Assembly (NCBI RefSeq): GCF_050920415.1
Contig: NZ_CP169309.1
Source: Escherichia coli
GTDB taxonomy: Bacteria > Pseudomonadota > Gammaproteobacteria > Enterobacterales > Enterobacteriaceae
Reading direction: 5' to 3' (one strand)
Length of the DNA stretch: 64,000 nt
Positions 11,501 to 25,650 of the stretch are shown piece by piece; within the stretch, counting starts at the first letter, position 1; the number at the start of each line of letters is the position of its first letter. The translations under genes were made by a program, and so were the position numbers. The notes beneath the pieces are model-generated. The model was not told where the DNA came from. It was given only the letters and a program-made list of their open reading frames with translations, and made no database searches.

Positions 11501-11520
11501 GCAGCCTCCCGATATGGCGG

Positions 11521-11883
11521 TTAACGCTGCCAGCTTAAGGTCATGGATACCGAATCAGCGTAGCGCAGCGCGTGCAGTTTATCGATCTCTACTTCAGCAT
11601 ACGTTACCCAGTGATGTTCACGTGCGATATCGAGCACATCCTGAGTTAATTTCTCCAGCAAAGAGAAACGGTTATTCTCTACGTGCTGAATAATGTTTTT
11701 CGTTACGGTGCGATAATTCAGCGCATCGTTGATATCTTCGCTGGTGCGCGCTTTATCGGCGGGGTAGTGGATCGTCACGTTGATAACTATATCCTGACGG
11801 TTGTTAATTTCTTCTTCCTTAATTCCGATAAACGTACGTAAACGAAGGTTCTTTATACGAATAATAGCGGCAGGTTGTGCCAT
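11521..11883 (-). CDS. folX: dihydroneopterin triphosphate 2'-epimerase
   Basis: 120-aa [28 protein letters not shown], FolB/FolX fold. Confidence 0.93.
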
Positions 11884-11939
11884 TGCAGGTTCTCCGTTGT
11901 TTTACTTAGGATTAAATAATACACGAGAACCTGTTTCTG

Positions 11940-13419
<1,480 letters not shown>

Positions 13420-13422
13420 TGA

Positions 13423-13977
13423 GTGATGAAACTGATGTTTGCATCGGACATTCATGGGTCGTTACCGGCGACGGAACGTGTTCTGGAGTTGTTTGCCCAA
13501 AGCGGTGCCCAGTGGCTGGTGATCCTTGGTGACGTGTTGAATCACGGCCCGCGTAATGCTTTACCGGAGGGTTACGCGCCAGCCAAAGTCGCCGAACGGC
13601 TTAATGACGTGGCACATAAAGTTATCGCTGTGCGCGGCAACTGCGACAGCGAAGTGGACCAAATGCTGCTGCATTTCCCGATAACCGCGCCGTGGCAACA
13701 GGTATTACTGGAAAAACAACGTCTGTTTTTGACGCATGGTCATCTATTTGGTCCGGAAAATCTGCCCGCTTTAAACCAGAACGATGTGCTGGTGTACGGT
13801 CATACCCATTTGCCAGTGGCAGAACAGCGGGGGGAGATATTCCACTTCAACCCCGGCTCGGTGAGTATTCCGAAAGGCGGTAATCCGGCGAGTTATGGCA
13901 TGCTGGATAATGACGTACTGAGTGTAATCGCACTCAATGATCAAAGTATCATTGCGCAGGTCGCGATTAATCCGTAA
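13423..13977 (+). CDS. yfcE: Mn-dependent phosphodiesterase YfcE (calcineurin-like)
   Basis: 184-aa ORF with metallophosphoesterase motifs DIHG, GDVLNHG, GNCD, GHTH. Confidence 0.9.
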   Translation: MMKLMFASDIHGSLPATERVLELFAQSGAQWLVILGDVLNHGPRNALPEGYAPAKVAERLNDVAHKVIAVRGNCDSEVDQMLLHFPITAPWQQVLLEKQRLFLTHGHLFGPENLPALNQNDVLVYGHTHLPVAEQRGEIFHFNPGSVSIPKGGNPASYGMLDNDVLSVIALNDQSIIAQVAINP

Positions 13978-14034
13978 TTTACCCACAACTCAAAATGCGC
14001 CGTAAGAGCGCCAGAAAAAGAAGGTTTCCTGATA

Positions 14035-14577
14035 ATGGAACAGCGTCGTTTGGCAAGTACTGAATGGGTGGATATTGTCAATGAAGAGAATGAAGTCATT
14101 GCACAAGCCAGCCGGGAACAAATGCGGGCACAGTGTCTGCGTCATCGTGCAACTTACATCGTCGTGCATGATGGCATGGGCAAAATTCTGGTCCAGCGTC
14201 GTACCGAGACAAAAGACTTTTTACCCGGCATGTTAGATGCGACCGCAGGCGGTGTGGTCCAGGCCGATGAGCAACTGCTGGAGTCAGCGCGTCGCGAAGC
14301 GGAAGAAGAGTTGGGCATTGCCGGTGTCCCCTTTGCCGAGCACGGGCAGTTCTATTTCGAAGATAAAAATTGCCGTGTCTGGGGCGCGTTGTTCAGTTGT
14401 GTCTCGCACGGTCCCTTCGCCCTACAGGAAGATGAAGTCAGTGAAGTTTGCTGGCTGACGCCGGAAGAAATCACCGCACGCTGCGATGAGTTCACTCCAG
14501 ACTCGCTGAAAGCGCTGGCGTTGTGGATGAAGCGCAATGCCAAAAATGAAGCCGTAGAGACTGAAACGGCAGAATGA
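14035..14577 (+). CDS. yfcD: Nudix hydrolase YfcD
   Basis: 180-aa ORF with Nudix box region [13 protein letters not shown]. Confidence 0.88.
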
Positions 14578-14609
14578 AAAAAGAGCCGCAATTGCGGCTC
14601 TTAACATTT
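14576..14609. terminator. bidirectional intrinsic terminator between convergent yfcD and yfcC
   Basis: Perfect hairpin AAGAGCCGCAATTGCGGCTCTT (14581-14602) flanked by an A-tract on one side and a T-tract on the other. Confidence 0.6.
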
Positions 14610-16130
14610 TTAGTGGTAGCCCATCAACTGAGCACCGATAACCACGACGCTGGACATAATAAACAGCAGTCCAAGCAGTGTCGCGCCCACCTTCAGCCAG
14701 TTACGGAAGTCCACCCGGCACACACCGAGCGTCGCCATTAACGAAGCTGAGGTCGGGTAAATGATGTGACTGAAGCCATCACCAAACTGGAACGCCAGCA
14801 CGGTAACCTGACGGTTAACACCGACCAGATCGCCAAGCGGTGCCAGTAACGGCATGGTTAACGCCGCCTGACCAGAACCGGATGTCACGAAGAAATTAAA
14901 TACCGCCTGGAATAGCAACATAAACCAGGCTGCAACTGCGTTATCCAGACCGCTAATGGCATTGGCAATGCTGTTTAGAATGGTATTTAACACACTGGCA
15001 TCACCCGCTTCACCGTTACCGACCAGCAACAAAATCCCTTTGGCGAAACCCACCAGTAGGGCAGGGGCGATCATCATTCGCGCCCCTTCGGTGAAGGATG
15101 AAGCCATGGTATTAACCGTCATACCGTTTAGGCGGAAAACAACGCCGATGATGCCAATTACTAGCCCCATCGTGAAGAACTGGCTGGCTATTTCTGGAAT
15201 AAACCAGGCATTGACGATAACGCCCCAAATTACCCAGATCATGACGGCGGTTAAAACAATCAATACCAGCCAGTCACCAAAGGTAAATGGACGCTGTTCT
15301 ACATCCGCCTGTTTTTCGCGGAAGAAACGATCAGACTCATGAACGCGTGACAACAGCGGATTCTTTTTCACCCGCGAGGCGTACACCATAGTGAAGACCA
15401 GACCAATCAGAGTAGAGATTACCCATACCACGATGCGCAAACCGGAGCCAGAAAGCACCGGAACACCAGCGATCCCCTGAGCAACAACCACACAAAACGG
15501 GTTCATCCACGAACTGGCAAAACCGATTTGCGTGGCGATATAAGTCACCAGGACGGTGGTAATACTGTCATAGCCCAGCCGGACCATTAGCGGTGCGATG
15601 ATAATGGCAAAGGCGACGGCCTCTTCCCCCATACCAAATACCGCGCCGCCAAGTGAAAAGAGAATAAACAAGGCAGGGATAAAGAGAATTTCATTCCCGC
15701 GTGTATGCCGAATAAGTGCCAGGATGCCGTTATCAATGGTTCCTGTACGCATCACGATGCCAAACGCGCCGCCAATCACCAGCATAAACATGATGATGCC
15801 AACGGCTGTCCCGTATTTCGATCCTGAGGTTAATCCTTCAAACGGGAAATTCATCAGGCCCGGGCGTTCATCGCCCGTCGAGAACAGTTGCACGCGGTGA
15901 TACTCAGGTTCGCCCGCCTCGTTAGTCAGAATGCGAAATGAGTGCGGATCTACGACTTTGCGTGTTTTTGTTTGACCATCAACCTGATACTGCACTTCCT
16001 GACTGTCAAACATCCCCACCGGAACTACCCAGGTGGCAAGGCTGGTTAAAATAGCAACAAAAAAGATAATCACCAGCGTATCGGGCATTGCCCATCTTCT
16101 GGTTGGTTTGGATTCAGTGATTGCGGACAT
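14610..16130 (-). CDS. yfcC: inner-membrane transporter YfcC (C4-dicarboxylate anaerobic carrier-like family)
   Basis: Polytopic membrane ORF; 506 aa from the internal Met (MSAITESKPTRR), track ORF is 513 aa. Confidence 0.85.
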   Translation of the reverse strand: MSAITESKPTRRWAMPDTLVIIFFVAILTSLATWVVPVGMFDSQEVQYQVDGQTKTRKVVDPHSFRILTNEAGEPEYHRVQLFSTGDERPGLMNFPFEGLTSGSKYGTAVGIIMFMLVIGGAFGIVMRTGTIDNGILALIRHTRGNEILFIPALFILFSLGGAVFGMGEEAVAFAIIIAPLMVRLGYDSITTVLVTYIATQIGFASSWMNPFCVVVAQGIAGVPVLSGSGLRIVVWVISTLIGLVFTMVYASRVKKNPLLSRVHESDRFFREKQADVEQRPFTFGDWLVLIVLTAVMIWVIWGVIVNAWFIPEIASQFFTMGLVIGIIGVVFRLNGMTVNTMASSFTEGARMMIAPALLVGFAKGILLLVGNGEAGDASVLNTILNSIANAISGLDNAVAAWFMLLFQAVFNFFVTSGSGQAALTMPLLAPLGDLVGVNRQVTVLAFQFGDGFSHIIYPTSASLMATLGVCRVDFRNWLKVGATLLGLLFIMSSVVVIGAQLMGYH

Positions 16131-16249
16131 AGCGCAGATATTCCCTTGCACAAAACAAAGTGGTAAGTATGCAAAGTGAGATGGCGCAATTCATTGATGC
16201 AGCGCAGTTAAGCAAGATAATCAGAAAGGATTAATGCAAATTAAGAGAA

Positions 16250-16281
16250 TAAAAAACCGGAAATAGTGACTATTTCCGGTT
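16250..16281 (-). terminator. intrinsic terminator downstream of pta
   Basis: On the minus strand: hairpin CCGGAAATAG-TCA-CTATTTCCGG followed by a U6 tract; preceded by a second hairpin CCGCAGC-N5-GCTGCGG (16290-16308). Confidence 0.65.
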
Positions 16282-16319
16282 CAGGTATCCGCAGCGCAAA
16301 GCTGCGGATGATGACGAGA

Positions 16320-18464
16320 TTACTGCTGCTGTGCAGACTGAATCGCAGTCAGCGCGATGGTGTAGACGATATCGTCAACCAGTGCGCCACGGGACAGATC
16401 GTTAACCGGCTTGCGCATACCCTGCAGCATCGGCCCGATGGAGATCAGATCGGCAGAACGTTGTACCGCTTTGTAAGTCGTGTTACCGGTGTTCAGATCC
16501 GGGAAGATGAACACGGTAGCGCGACCAGCAACCGGAGAATTCGGCGCTTTGGATTTCGCAACGTCAGCCATTACCGCAGCGTCGTACTGCAGCGGACCGT
16601 CGATCATCAGGTCAGGACGTTTTTCCTGCGCCAGACGAGTTGCTTCGCGAACTTTCTCTACGTCGCTACCTGCACCAGAAGTACCGGTGGAGTAGGAGAG
16701 CATTGCAACGCGCGGTTCGATACCGAAGGCAGCGGCGGAATCAGCGGACTGAATCGCGATTTCTGCCAGCTGTTCTGCGGTCGGATCCGGGTTGATCGCA
16801 CAGTCACCGTAAACGTAAACCTGTTCCGGCAGCAGCATGAAGAACACGGAAGATACCAGGGAGCTACCCGGTGCAGTTTTGATCAGCTGCAGCGGCGGAC
16901 GAATGGTGTTTGCGGTGGTGTGAACAGCACCGGAAACCAGACCGTCAACTTCATCCTGTTCCAGCATCAGCGTACCGAGAACCACGTTGTCTTCCAGCTG
17001 TTCGCGGGCAACGGTTTCGGTCATGCCTTTGTTCTTACGCAGTTCAACCAGGCGGCCAACATAGCTTTCGCGAACCACTTCTGGATCGACAATTTCAATG
17101 CCAGCACCCAGTTCTACGCCCTGAGATGCTGCAACGCGGTTGATCTCAGCCGGGTTACCCAGCAGTACGCAAGTTGCGATACCACGTTCAGCACAGATAG
17201 CGGCTGCTTTAACGGTACGCGGTTCGTCGCCTTCCGGCAGCACGATACGTTTGCCCGCTTTGCGCGCCAGTTCGGTCAGCTGATAACGGAAGGCTGGCGG
17301 AGACAGACGACGGCTGCGCTCAGAGGTGGCAGTCAGAGAGTCAATCCAGTCAGCGTTGATGTAGTTAGCAACGTATTCCTGAACTTTCTCGATACGCTCG
17401 TGATCGTCAACCGGAACTTCGAGGTTGAAGCTCTGCAGGCTCAGAGAAGTCTGCCAGGTGTTAGTGTTCACCATAAATACCGGCAGGCCGGTAGCGAAAG
17501 CGCGCTCGCACAGTTTGGAAATGCGCGCGTCCATTTCGTAGCCGCCAGTCAGCAGCAGGGCACCGATTTCTACGCCGTTCATGGCAGCCAGGCAAGCTGC
17601 AACCAGTACGTCAGGACGGTCTGCGGAAGTTACCAGCAGAGAACCGGCACGGAAGTGCTCCAGCATGTGCGGAATGCTGCGTGCGCAGAAAGTGACAGAT
17701 TTCACGCGACGAGTGTTGATATCGCCTTCGTTGATGATGGTGGCGTTCAGGTGGCGAGCCATATCGATCGCACGGGTCGCGATCAGATCAAAGCTCCACG
17801 GCACCGCGCCGAGAACCGGCAGCGGGCTGGATTCTTGCAGCTTCGCCGGATCAACATTGTTTACTTTTGCTTTGGAAGAGTCGTCGAAAATCTCGGACAG
17901 ATCCGGGCGAGTACGACCCTGTTCATCAACCGGTGCGTTCAGTTTGTTAACGATAACGCCAGTGATGTTGGTGTTTTTTGCACCACCGAAGCTGTTGCGA
18001 GTCAGTTCGATACGCTCTTTCAGCTGTTCCGGGGTGTCAGTGCCCTGAGACATAACGAAGACGATTTCCGCGTTCAGCGTTTTAGCAATTTCGTAGTTCA
18101 GAGACTGGGCAAACTGATGCTTACGTGTCGGGACCAGACCTTCAACCAGAACGACTTCAGCGTCTTTGGTGTTAGCGTGGTAGTTCGCGACGATCTCTTC
18201 CATCAGCACATCTTTCTGATTGCTGGAAAGCAGACCTTCAACGTAGCTCATTTTCAGCGGTTCAGCGGCTGTCGTGGTGGAAGAGTTCGCACGCACGATA
18301 GTCGTGGTCTGATCGGGCGCATCGCCACCGGTACGCGGCTGAGCGATAGGTTTGAAAACGCTCAGACGAACGCCTTTGCGTTCCATTGCACGGATCACGC
18401 CAAGGCTGACGCTGGTCAGACCGACGCTGGTTCCGGTAGGGATCAGCATAATAATACGGGACAC
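16320..18464 (-). CDS. pta: phosphate acetyltransferase
   Basis: 714-aa [34 protein letters not shown]; DRTGG/PTA domain architecture; immediately downstream of ackA. Confidence 0.97.
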   Translation of the reverse strand: MSRIIMLIPTGTSVGLTSVSLGVIRAMERKGVRLSVFKPIAQPRTGGDAPDQTTTIVRANSSTTTAAEPLKMSYVEGLLSSNQKDVLMEEIVANYHANTKDAEVVLVEGLVPTRKHQFAQSLNYEIAKTLNAEIVFVMSQGTDTPEQLKERIELTRNSFGGAKNTNITGVIVNKLNAPVDEQGRTRPDLSEIFDDSSKAKVNNVDPAKLQESSPLPVLGAVPWSFDLIATRAIDMARHLNATIINEGDINTRRVKSVTFCARSIPHMLEHFRAGSLLVTSADRPDVLVAACLAAMNGVEIGALLLTGGYEMDARISKLCERAFATGLPVFMVNTNTWQTSLSLQSFNLEVPVDDHERIEKVQEYVANYINADWIDSLTATSERSRRLSPPAFRYQLTELARKAGKRIVLPEGDEPRTVKAAAICAERGIATCVLLGNPAEINRVAASQGVELGAGIEIVDPEVVRESYVGRLVELRKNKGMTETVAREQLEDNVVLGTLMLEQDEVDGLVSGAVHTTANTIRPPLQLIKTAPGSSLVSSVFFMLLPEQVYVYGDCAINPDPTAEQLAEIAIQSADSAAAFGIEPRVAMLSYSTGTSGAGSDVEKVREATRLAQEKRPDLMIDGPLQYDAAVMADVAKSKAPNSPVAGRATVFIFPDLNTGNTTYKAVQRSADLISIGPMLQGMRKPVNDLSRGALVDDIVYTIALTAIQSAQQQ

Positions 18465-18510
18465 GGTTTATCCTCTTTCGTTACCGCCGGTTTGGCGGGT
18501 TACAAAACAG

Positions 18511-18533
18511 CACCGCCAGCTGAGCTGGCGGTG
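18511..18533 (-). terminator. partial terminator/attenuator hairpin between ackA and pta
   Basis: Hairpin CACCGCCAG-N5-CTGGCGGTG directly after the ackA stop, followed by a weak U-rich stretch; pta is expected to also have its own promoter. Confidence 0.3.
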
Positions 18534-18538
18534 TGGAA

Positions 18539-19741
18539 TCAGGCGGTCAAGCGGCAGGCGTCTTGCGCGATAACCAGCTCTTCGTTGGTCGGGATCACAA
18601 CAGCAGGGCGGGTGCCTTCTTTGTTGATGAAACCAGATTTGCCGAAACGTGCAGCCAGGTTGCGCTCATGATCAACTTCAAAGCCCAGCACGCCCAGTTT
18701 GCCCAGAGACAGTTCACGAACCATCGCGGCATTTTCACCGATACCACCGGTGAATACAACAGCGTCCAGACGACCATCCATCAGCGCGGTGTAGGCACCG
18801 ATGTATTTCGCCAGACGGTGGCAGTAAACGTCCATTGCGCGCTTCGCGTCTTCTTTTGTCGCGTAGTTGTCTTCAACATAACGGCAGTCGCTGGTGACTT
18901 CGGTCAGACCCAGCAGGCCAGACTCTTTGGTCAGCATTTTGTTGATTGCGTCAACGCTCATGCCCAGAGTGTCGTGCAGGTGGAAGATGATCGCAGGATC
19001 GATATCGCCAGAGCGAGTACCCATTACCAGACCTTCCAGCGGGGTCAGACCCATAGAGGTGTCAACGCATTTACCGTTGCGGATAGCAGAAACGGAACCA
19101 CCGTTACCCAGGTGGCAGGTGATGATGTTCAGCTCTTCTACCGGTTTGTTCAGCATTTTTGCCGCTTCCTGGGTTACATAGAAGTGGCTGGTGCCGTGCG
19201 CGCCGTAACGACGGATGCCATGCTCTTTGTACAGGTTGTACGGCAGGGCGTAGAGGTAAGACTCTTCCGGCATAGTCTGGTGGAACGCGGTGTCAAATAC
19301 AGCAACGTTTTTGTCTTTCAGCTGAGGGAAAGATTTCAGTGCTTCTTCGATACCGATCAGGTGAGCCGGGTTGTGCAGCGGTGCAAAAGAAGCTGCATCT
19401 TTGATACCCTGAATAACAGACTCATCGATCACTACGGAGCTGGTATACTTTTCGCCGCCGTGTACGATACGGTGACCGATAGCGGTCAGCTGCGCAGACA
19501 GTTCTGGTTTTTGTGCCAGAATAGTATTAACGATAAAGTTGAGCGCTTCGCTGTGAGCGGCGCCTGCACCTAAAGCCGCTTCCTGTTTATTGCCGTCCAT
19601 TTTCCATTTGATACGTGCTTCGGGCAGGTGGAAACATTCGGCTAAACCAGAAAGGTACTCTTCACCATTCACTGCATCGATGATTGCAAATTTCAGTGAA
19701 GAACTACCGCAGTTCAGAACCAGTACTAACTTACTCGACAT
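18539..19741 (-). CDS. ackA: acetate kinase
   Basis: 400-aa [23 protein letters not shown], the acetate/propionate kinase signature N-terminus. Confidence 0.97.
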   Translation of the reverse strand: MSSKLVLVLNCGSSSLKFAIIDAVNGEEYLSGLAECFHLPEARIKWKMDGNKQEAALGAGAAHSEALNFIVNTILAQKPELSAQLTAIGHRIVHGGEKYTSSVVIDESVIQGIKDAASFAPLHNPAHLIGIEEALKSFPQLKDKNVAVFDTAFHQTMPEESYLYALPYNLYKEHGIRRYGAHGTSHFYVTQEAAKMLNKPVEELNIITCHLGNGGSVSAIRNGKCVDTSMGLTPLEGLVMGTRSGDIDPAIIFHLHDTLGMSVDAINKMLTKESGLLGLTEVTSDCRYVEDNYATKEDAKRAMDVYCHRLAKYIGAYTALMDGRLDAVVFTGGIGENAAMVRELSLGKLGVLGFEVDHERNLAARFGKSGFINKEGTRPAVVIPTNEELVIAQDACRLTA

Positions 19742-20078
19742 GGAAGTACCTATAATTGATACGTGGCTAAAAAAACGTCAGGGAGCCATAGAGCGTAGCG
19801 CATGATGACACTGACATTTATGATTAACATCATGCACTGCAAATTTTTTTTGCATGATGGAAGAAATATCTTGAGTCTATGCCATTTTGCGTAATTTTCA
19901 GCCAATGGCATAATGTATATGAATTTGACGACTCAATGAATATGTACTACTTAGGCCTTCAGGCTGCTAAAGGATACCTGATAGTGGGTATGGAAGACAA
20001 AATGTTTTGAACGTTGTCCCGCTGAGTTGTGAATTTGCACAAATTTTTGAATCTTTATATGTGAAGTTGAGGTGAAGC

Positions 20079-20534
20079 ATGTCAACGCCGGATAATCGTT
20101 CTGTTAATTTTTTTAGCTTGTTTCGCCGGGGACAGCATTACTCAAAGACGTGGCCGCTGGAAAAACGCCTTGCCCCGGTCTTTGTCGAAAATCGCGTTAT
20201 CAAGATGACGCGCTATGCGATCCGTTTTATGCCGCCAATCGCCGTATTTACTCTCTGCTGGCAGATTGCCCTGGGCGGTCAGCTGGGCCCGGCAGTTGCC
20301 ACTGCGCTGTTCGCCTTAAGTTTACCCATGCAAGGACTATGGTGGCTGGGCAAGCGTTCTGTAACGCCATTACCTCCTGCAATCCTTAACTGGTTTTATG
20401 AAGTTCGCGGTAAATTGCAAGAGTCTGGACAGGTGTTGGCACCCGTTGAAGGTAAGCCTGATTACCAGGCATTAGCTGACACGCTTAAGCGCGCCTTCAA
20501 ACAACTGGATAAAACTTTCCTTGATGATTTGTAA
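20079..20534 (+). CDS. yfbV: UPF0208 inner-membrane protein YfbV
   Basis: 151-aa ORF with two TM helices; divergent from ackA. Confidence 0.9.
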
Positions 20535-20538
20535 TTGA

Positions 20539-21111
<573 letters not shown>

Positions 21112-21121
21112 GGAGGCCCAT

Positions 21122-21772
21122 GTGCGGTGCAAAGGTTTTCTGTTTGATCTTGATGGAACGCTGGTGGACTCCCTGCCTGCGGTAGAACGGGCGTGGAGCA
21201 ACTGGGCCAGACGTCATGGGTTAGCGCCGGAAGAGGTGCTGGCTTTCATTCACGGTAAACAGGCCATCACCTCTTTGCGCCATTTTATGGTGGGCAAATC
21301 CGAGGCAGACATTGCTGCCGAATTTACGCGTCTGGAGCAAATCGAGGCCACGGAAACCGAAGGTATTACCGCACTTCCGGGGGCAGTCGCTTTACTCAAT
21401 CATCTGAATAAAGTGGGGATTCCATGGGCCATTGTGACGTCTGGCTCCATGCCCGTAGCGCGAGCGCGCCACAAAATAGCCGGACTTCCCGCGCCAGAGG
21501 TGTTTGTGACCGCTGAGCGGGTGAAGCGCGGAAAACCAGAGCCTGATGCGTATCTCTTAGGCGCGCAGTTGTTGGGGCTTGCGCCGCAAGAGTGTGTGGT
21601 GGTGGAAGATGCTCCCGCTGGCGTGCTTTCAGGCCTGGCGGCGGGTTGTCATGTAATTGCGGTTAACGCTCCGGCAGATACCCCGCGCCTGAATGAGGTC
21701 GATTTAGTCCTCCACAGTCTGGAGCAAATTACTGTGATCAAACAGCCAAATGGTGATGTTATTATTCAGTGA
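21122..21772 (+). CDS. yfbT: HAD-family sugar phosphatase YfbT
   Basis: 216-aa ORF with GTG start and HAD motif I FLFDLDGTLVDS. Confidence 0.88.
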   Translation: MRCKGFLFDLDGTLVDSLPAVERAWSNWARRHGLAPEEVLAFIHGKQAITSLRHFMVGKSEADIAAEFTRLEQIEATETEGITALPGAVALLNHLNKVGIPWAIVTSGSMPVARARHKIAGLPAPEVFVTAERVKRGKPEPDAYLLGAQLLGLAPQECVVVEDAPAGVLSGLAAGCHVIAVNAPADTPRLNEVDLVLHSLEQITVIKQPNGDVIIQ

Positions 21773-21790
21773 AACACCTGATCATGATTT

Positions 21791-21816
21791 AGCCCCGTCT
21801 CGTCGGGGCTTTTTTA
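21791..21816 (+). terminator. intrinsic terminator after yfbT
   Basis: Hairpin AGCCCCG-TCTCGT-CGGGGCT followed by T5. Confidence 0.65.
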
Positions 21817-21858
21817 TGGCAGAATCAAGTCATCCCCCTCAATTAACAAGGATAAGTT

Positions 21859-23691
21859 GTGAACGGTGAATTGATTTGGGTTCTTTCATTACTGGCCGTT
21901 GCCATCGTCTTGTTTGCGACGGGCAGAGTGCGTATGGATGCGGTCGCTTTGTTTGTTATTGTCGCGTTTGCATTAAGCGGAACGCTGACGGTCCCCGAAG
22001 TATTTTCCGGCTTTTCCGATCCTAACGTTGTCCTGATTGCCGCCTTGTTCATTATTGGCGATGGTTTGGTCCGTACCGGTGTGGCCACCGTAATGGGGAC
22101 ATGGCTGGTCAAAGTGGCAGGCAACAGTGAAATCAAAATGTTGGTTTTGTTGATGCTGACCGTCGCGGGGCTTGGCGCGTTTATGAGTTCAACCGGCGTT
22201 GTCGCTATCTTTATTCCCGTGGTGTTAAGCGTTGCCATGCGTATGCAAACGTCGCCGTCGCGCCTGATGATGCCGTTAAGTTTTGCCGGGCTGATAAGCG
22301 GCATGATGACGCTGGTGGCGACGCCGCCGAACCTGGTAGTCAACAGTGAATTGCTGCGTGAAGGCTATCATGGTTTTAGTTTCTTTAGCGTAACACCTAT
22401 TGGCCTGGTCGTGCTGGTGCTGGGTATTTTGTATATGTTAGTGATGCGTTTCATGCTGAAAGGGGATACCCAAACTCCGCAACGCGAAGGCTGGACGCGT
22501 CGAACTTTTCGCGATCTTATCCGTGAATATCGACTTACCGGGCGTGCGCGTCGCCTGGCTATTCGCCCCGGTTCGCCAATGATTGGTCAACGGCTGGATG
22601 ATCTCAAATTACGTGAGCGTTATGGTGCTAACGTCATCGGTGTTGAACGCTGGCGGCGTTTTCGTCGCGTTATCGTGAATGTTAACGGGGTTTCTGAATT
22701 TCGCGCGCGTGACGTTTTACTTATTGATATGTCTGCGGCTGATGTCGATCTCCGGCAATTCTGTAGTGAGCAATTGCTGGAGCCGATGGTACTGCGCGGC
22801 GAGTATTTTTCTGATCAAGCCCTTGATGTGGGCATGGCAGAGATTTCATTAATTCCTGAGTCAGAACTTATTGGCAAATCGGTGCGCGAAATTGGTTTTC
22901 GTACCCGTTACGGACTGAATGTGGTGGGGCTAAAGCGCAATGGCGTGGCGCTGGAAGGTTCGCTGGCGGATGAGCCTCTGCTGCTGGGCGATATCATCCT
23001 GGTTGTGGGTAACTGGAAACTGATCGGTATGCTGGCAAAACAGGGGCGTGACTTTGTGGCGCTGAACTTACCAGAAGAAGTGAGTGAAGCATCGCCAGCA
23101 CACAGTCAGGCACCTCATGCCATTTTTTGCCTGGTGTTGATGGTAGCGTTAATGCTTACCGATGAAATCCCTAATCCTGTTGCCGCTATCATCGCCTGCC
23201 TGCTGATGGGGAAATTCCGTTGTATCGATGCTGAAAGCGCCTATAAATCCATTCACTGGCCGAGCATTATTTTGATCGTTGGGATGATGCCGTTTGCTGT
23301 GGCATTACAGAAAACGGGAGGTGTCGCGCTGGCAGTGAAAGGGCTGATGGACATTGGCGGCGGTTATGGGCCACATATGATGCTGGGTTGTTTGTTTGTC
23401 TTGTCGGCGGTTATTGGGCTATTTATCTCTAATACCGCAACGGCGGTGTTGATGGCTCCGATTGCGCTGGCTGCTGCCAAAACGATGGGTGTGTCGCCTT
23501 ATCCATTTGCGATGGTCGTGGCGATGGCAGCATCCGCCGCCTTTATGACACCGGTTTCTTCACCTGTTAACACACTGGTTTTAGGCCCGGGAAATTACAG
23601 CTTCAGTGACTTTGTGAAGTTGGGGGTACCGTTCACCATTATCGTGATGGCGGTTTGTGTGGTGATGATCCCGATGCTGTTTCCGTTTTGA
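21859..23691 (+). CDS. yfbS: putative anion transporter YfbS (SLC13/DASS-like permease with central TrkA-C domains)
   Basis: 610-aa ORF with hydrophobic N- and C-terminal halves and a soluble central region. Confidence 0.9.
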
Positions 23692-23696
23692 CAAGA

Positions 23697-23736
23697 GCCT
23701 GATGTCGCATCCGGCGCTTATTGCCTGATGCGACGC
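23697..23736. repeat. REP element between yfbS and yfbR
   Basis: GCCTGATGTCGCATCCGGCGCTTATTGCCTGATGCGACGC resembles the REP units of the dedD-cvpA BIME. Confidence 0.5.
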
Positions 23737-23749
23737 AGACTCCGGCTGC

Positions 23750-24349
23750 TTACAGCGGTGAATCCTGGCTAATCTCATCGAGCGAAAGATGGAAGCTGGG
23801 AACAAAGACTTCCATGAAGTAGTCCATCTCCTGGCTGCGGCGCGCTTCAAGCGTCGCTTCCAGTCGCGTTTTTGCCAGCAAGAATTCATTATTTCCCGCC
23901 GCGAGTTCTTCCAGACATTTCAGATATGCACACAGTGCATCTGCCTGTTTCACCAGAGATTTCTCTTCATCGCTGTATGCATGCTCGTCAATTAACGGCG
24001 CAAAAATATCCTGCAGCTCTTCCGGAACCATATCGACCAGTTTTTGCTGAGCGATTTTTTCAATAGCCTTGTATTCCTGAGCGATTTGCGAATTGAAGTA
24101 TTTCACCGGAGTAGGGAGATCGCCGGTGAGAACTTCTGAGACATCGTGGTACATCGCCAGTAAAGCGATACGTTCGGCGTTGACATTACCGCCAAATTTA
24201 CGATTTTTGATAGCTGCCAGCGCATGGGCGACCATCGCTACCTGCAAACTGTGTTCGGACACATTTTCCGTCCGCACGTTGCGCATTAGTGGCCAGCGGT
24301 TAATGAGTTTCAGGCGGGAGAGATGGGCAAAAAAATGGCTCTGTTTCAT
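23750..24349 (-). CDS. yfbR: 5'-deoxynucleotidase YfbR (HD domain)
   Basis: 199-aa ORF with HD-domain metal ligands (SEHS, HD). Confidence 0.93.
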   Translation of the reverse strand: MKQSHFFAHLSRLKLINRWPLMRNVRTENVSEHSLQVAMVAHALAAIKNRKFGGNVNAERIALLAMYHDVSEVLTGDLPTPVKYFNSQIAQEYKAIEKIAQQKLVDMVPEELQDIFAPLIDEHAYSDEEKSLVKQADALCAYLKCLEELAAGNNEFLLAKTRLEATLEARRSQEMDYFMEVFVPSFHLSLDEISQDSPL

Positions 24350-24432
24350 AGTGACCTTACGTATGATGACATCATCAGGTCATTGTGGCGGGATAACACT
24401 GCCGGATGCAATCTCCGGCAGTGAAATTAAGA

Positions 24433-25650
24433 TTACAGCTGATGATAACCAGAAAGGAAACGCGCGAACTTACTCAAAGACAGCTCGATATCATCAACAC
24501 GTGGTAGCGTGACAATGCGGAAGTGATCCGGCCACGGCCAGTTGAATGCTGTCCCTTGAACCAGCAGGACTTTTTCCTGCAACAGGAAATCCAGCACCAT
24601 TTTCTGGTCGTCGTGAATGTTAAAGCGTTTAGCGTCGATTTTCGGGAACATGTACAGCGCACCGCGCGGTTTCACGCAGGAAACGCCCGGAATATCGTTG
24701 ATCAATTCCCACGCACGGTTACGCTGTTCATAAAGACGCCCGCCGGGTGTAATAAATTCACTGATGCTCTGATAACCGCCCAGCGCGGTTTGAATGGCGT
24801 GTTGCGCAGGAACGTTAGCACACAGGCGCATCGAAGCCAGCATTTCCAGACCTTCGATGTAACCTTTAGCGTGTTTTTTCGGCCCGTTCAGCACCATCCA
24901 ACCCTGACGGAAGCCCGCAACGCGGTACGTTTTCGACAGTCCGTTAAAGGTTATGGTTAGCAGGTCTGGTGCCATCGCGGCAATTGAGTGATGCTCGGCG
25001 TCGTCATAGAGAATTTTGTCGTAAATTTCATCGGCGAAGATAATGAGATTATGCTGACGCGCAATCTCCACAATCTCCATTAAAAGCTCTTTGGAATAAA
25101 CTGCGCCGGTTGGGTTATTTGGGTTGATAATAACGATTCCACGCGTACGAGGCGTAATTTTAGCGCGAATATCATCAAGGTCCGGGAACCAGTCAGAGGA
25201 TTCATCGCAAAGATAATGCACCGCTTTACCGCTGGATAGCGAAACCGCCGCAGTCCAAAGAGGGTAATCAGGCGCAGGAACTAACATTTCGTCCCCGCTG
25301 TTCAGCAATGCCTGCATTGCCTGAACGATAAGCTCCGATACACCATTGCCGATGTAAATATCTTCCACGGTAACATCACGCATGCCACGAGCCTGGTAGT
25401 GCTGCATGATGGCTTTACGCGCGGAGTAAAGCCCTTTGGAATCGCAATACCCTTGAGCGGTAGGCAGGTTGCGAATCACGTCAACGAGGATTTCATCTGG
25501 CGCGTCAAAACCGAACGGGGCAGGATTGCCGATGTTCAGTTTCAGTACCTTGTTACCTTCTTCTTCCAGGCGTTTTGCTTCTTTCAGCACCGGACCACGG
25601 ATGTCGTAACAGACATTCTCTAATTTGCTGGATTTTTCAATGGGGGACAT
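24433..25650 (-). CDS. alaA: glutamate-pyruvate aminotransferase AlaA
   Basis: 405-aa ORF MSPIEKSSKLENVCYDIRGPVLKEAKRLEEEG; fold-type I aminotransferase with PLP-lysine region SKTYRVAGFRQGW. Confidence 0.93.
   Translation of the reverse strand: MSPIEKSSKLENVCYDIRGPVLKEAKRLEEEGNKVLKLNIGNPAPFGFDAPDEILVDVIRNLPTAQGYCDSKGLYSARKAIMQHYQARGMRDVTVEDIYIGNGVSELIVQAMQALLNSGDEMLVPAPDYPLWTAAVSLSSGKAVHYLCDESSDWFPDLDDIRAKITPRTRGIVIINPNNPTGAVYSKELLMEIVEIARQHNLIIFADEIYDKILYDDAEHHSIAAMAPDLLTITFNGLSKTYRVAGFRQGWMVLNGPKKHAKGYIEGLEMLASMRLCANVPAQHAIQTALGGYQSISEFITPGGRLYEQRNRAWELINDIPGVSCVKPRGALYMFPKIDAKRFNIHDDQKMVLDFLLQEKVLLVQGTAFNWPWPDHFRIVTLPRVDDIELSLSKFARFLSGYHQL

Noticed and set aside
16266-18671. 801-aa ORF on the plus strand
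   Set aside because: Lies entirely antisense to pta (and the ackA 3' end); composition is low-complexity and Arg/Val/Gln-rich, typical of a stop-free antisense frame in a high-GC, strongly codon-biased gene; no RBS.
18533-19573. 346-aa plus-strand ORF
   Set aside because: Antisense to ackA, which is unambiguous; same antisense-frame artefact.
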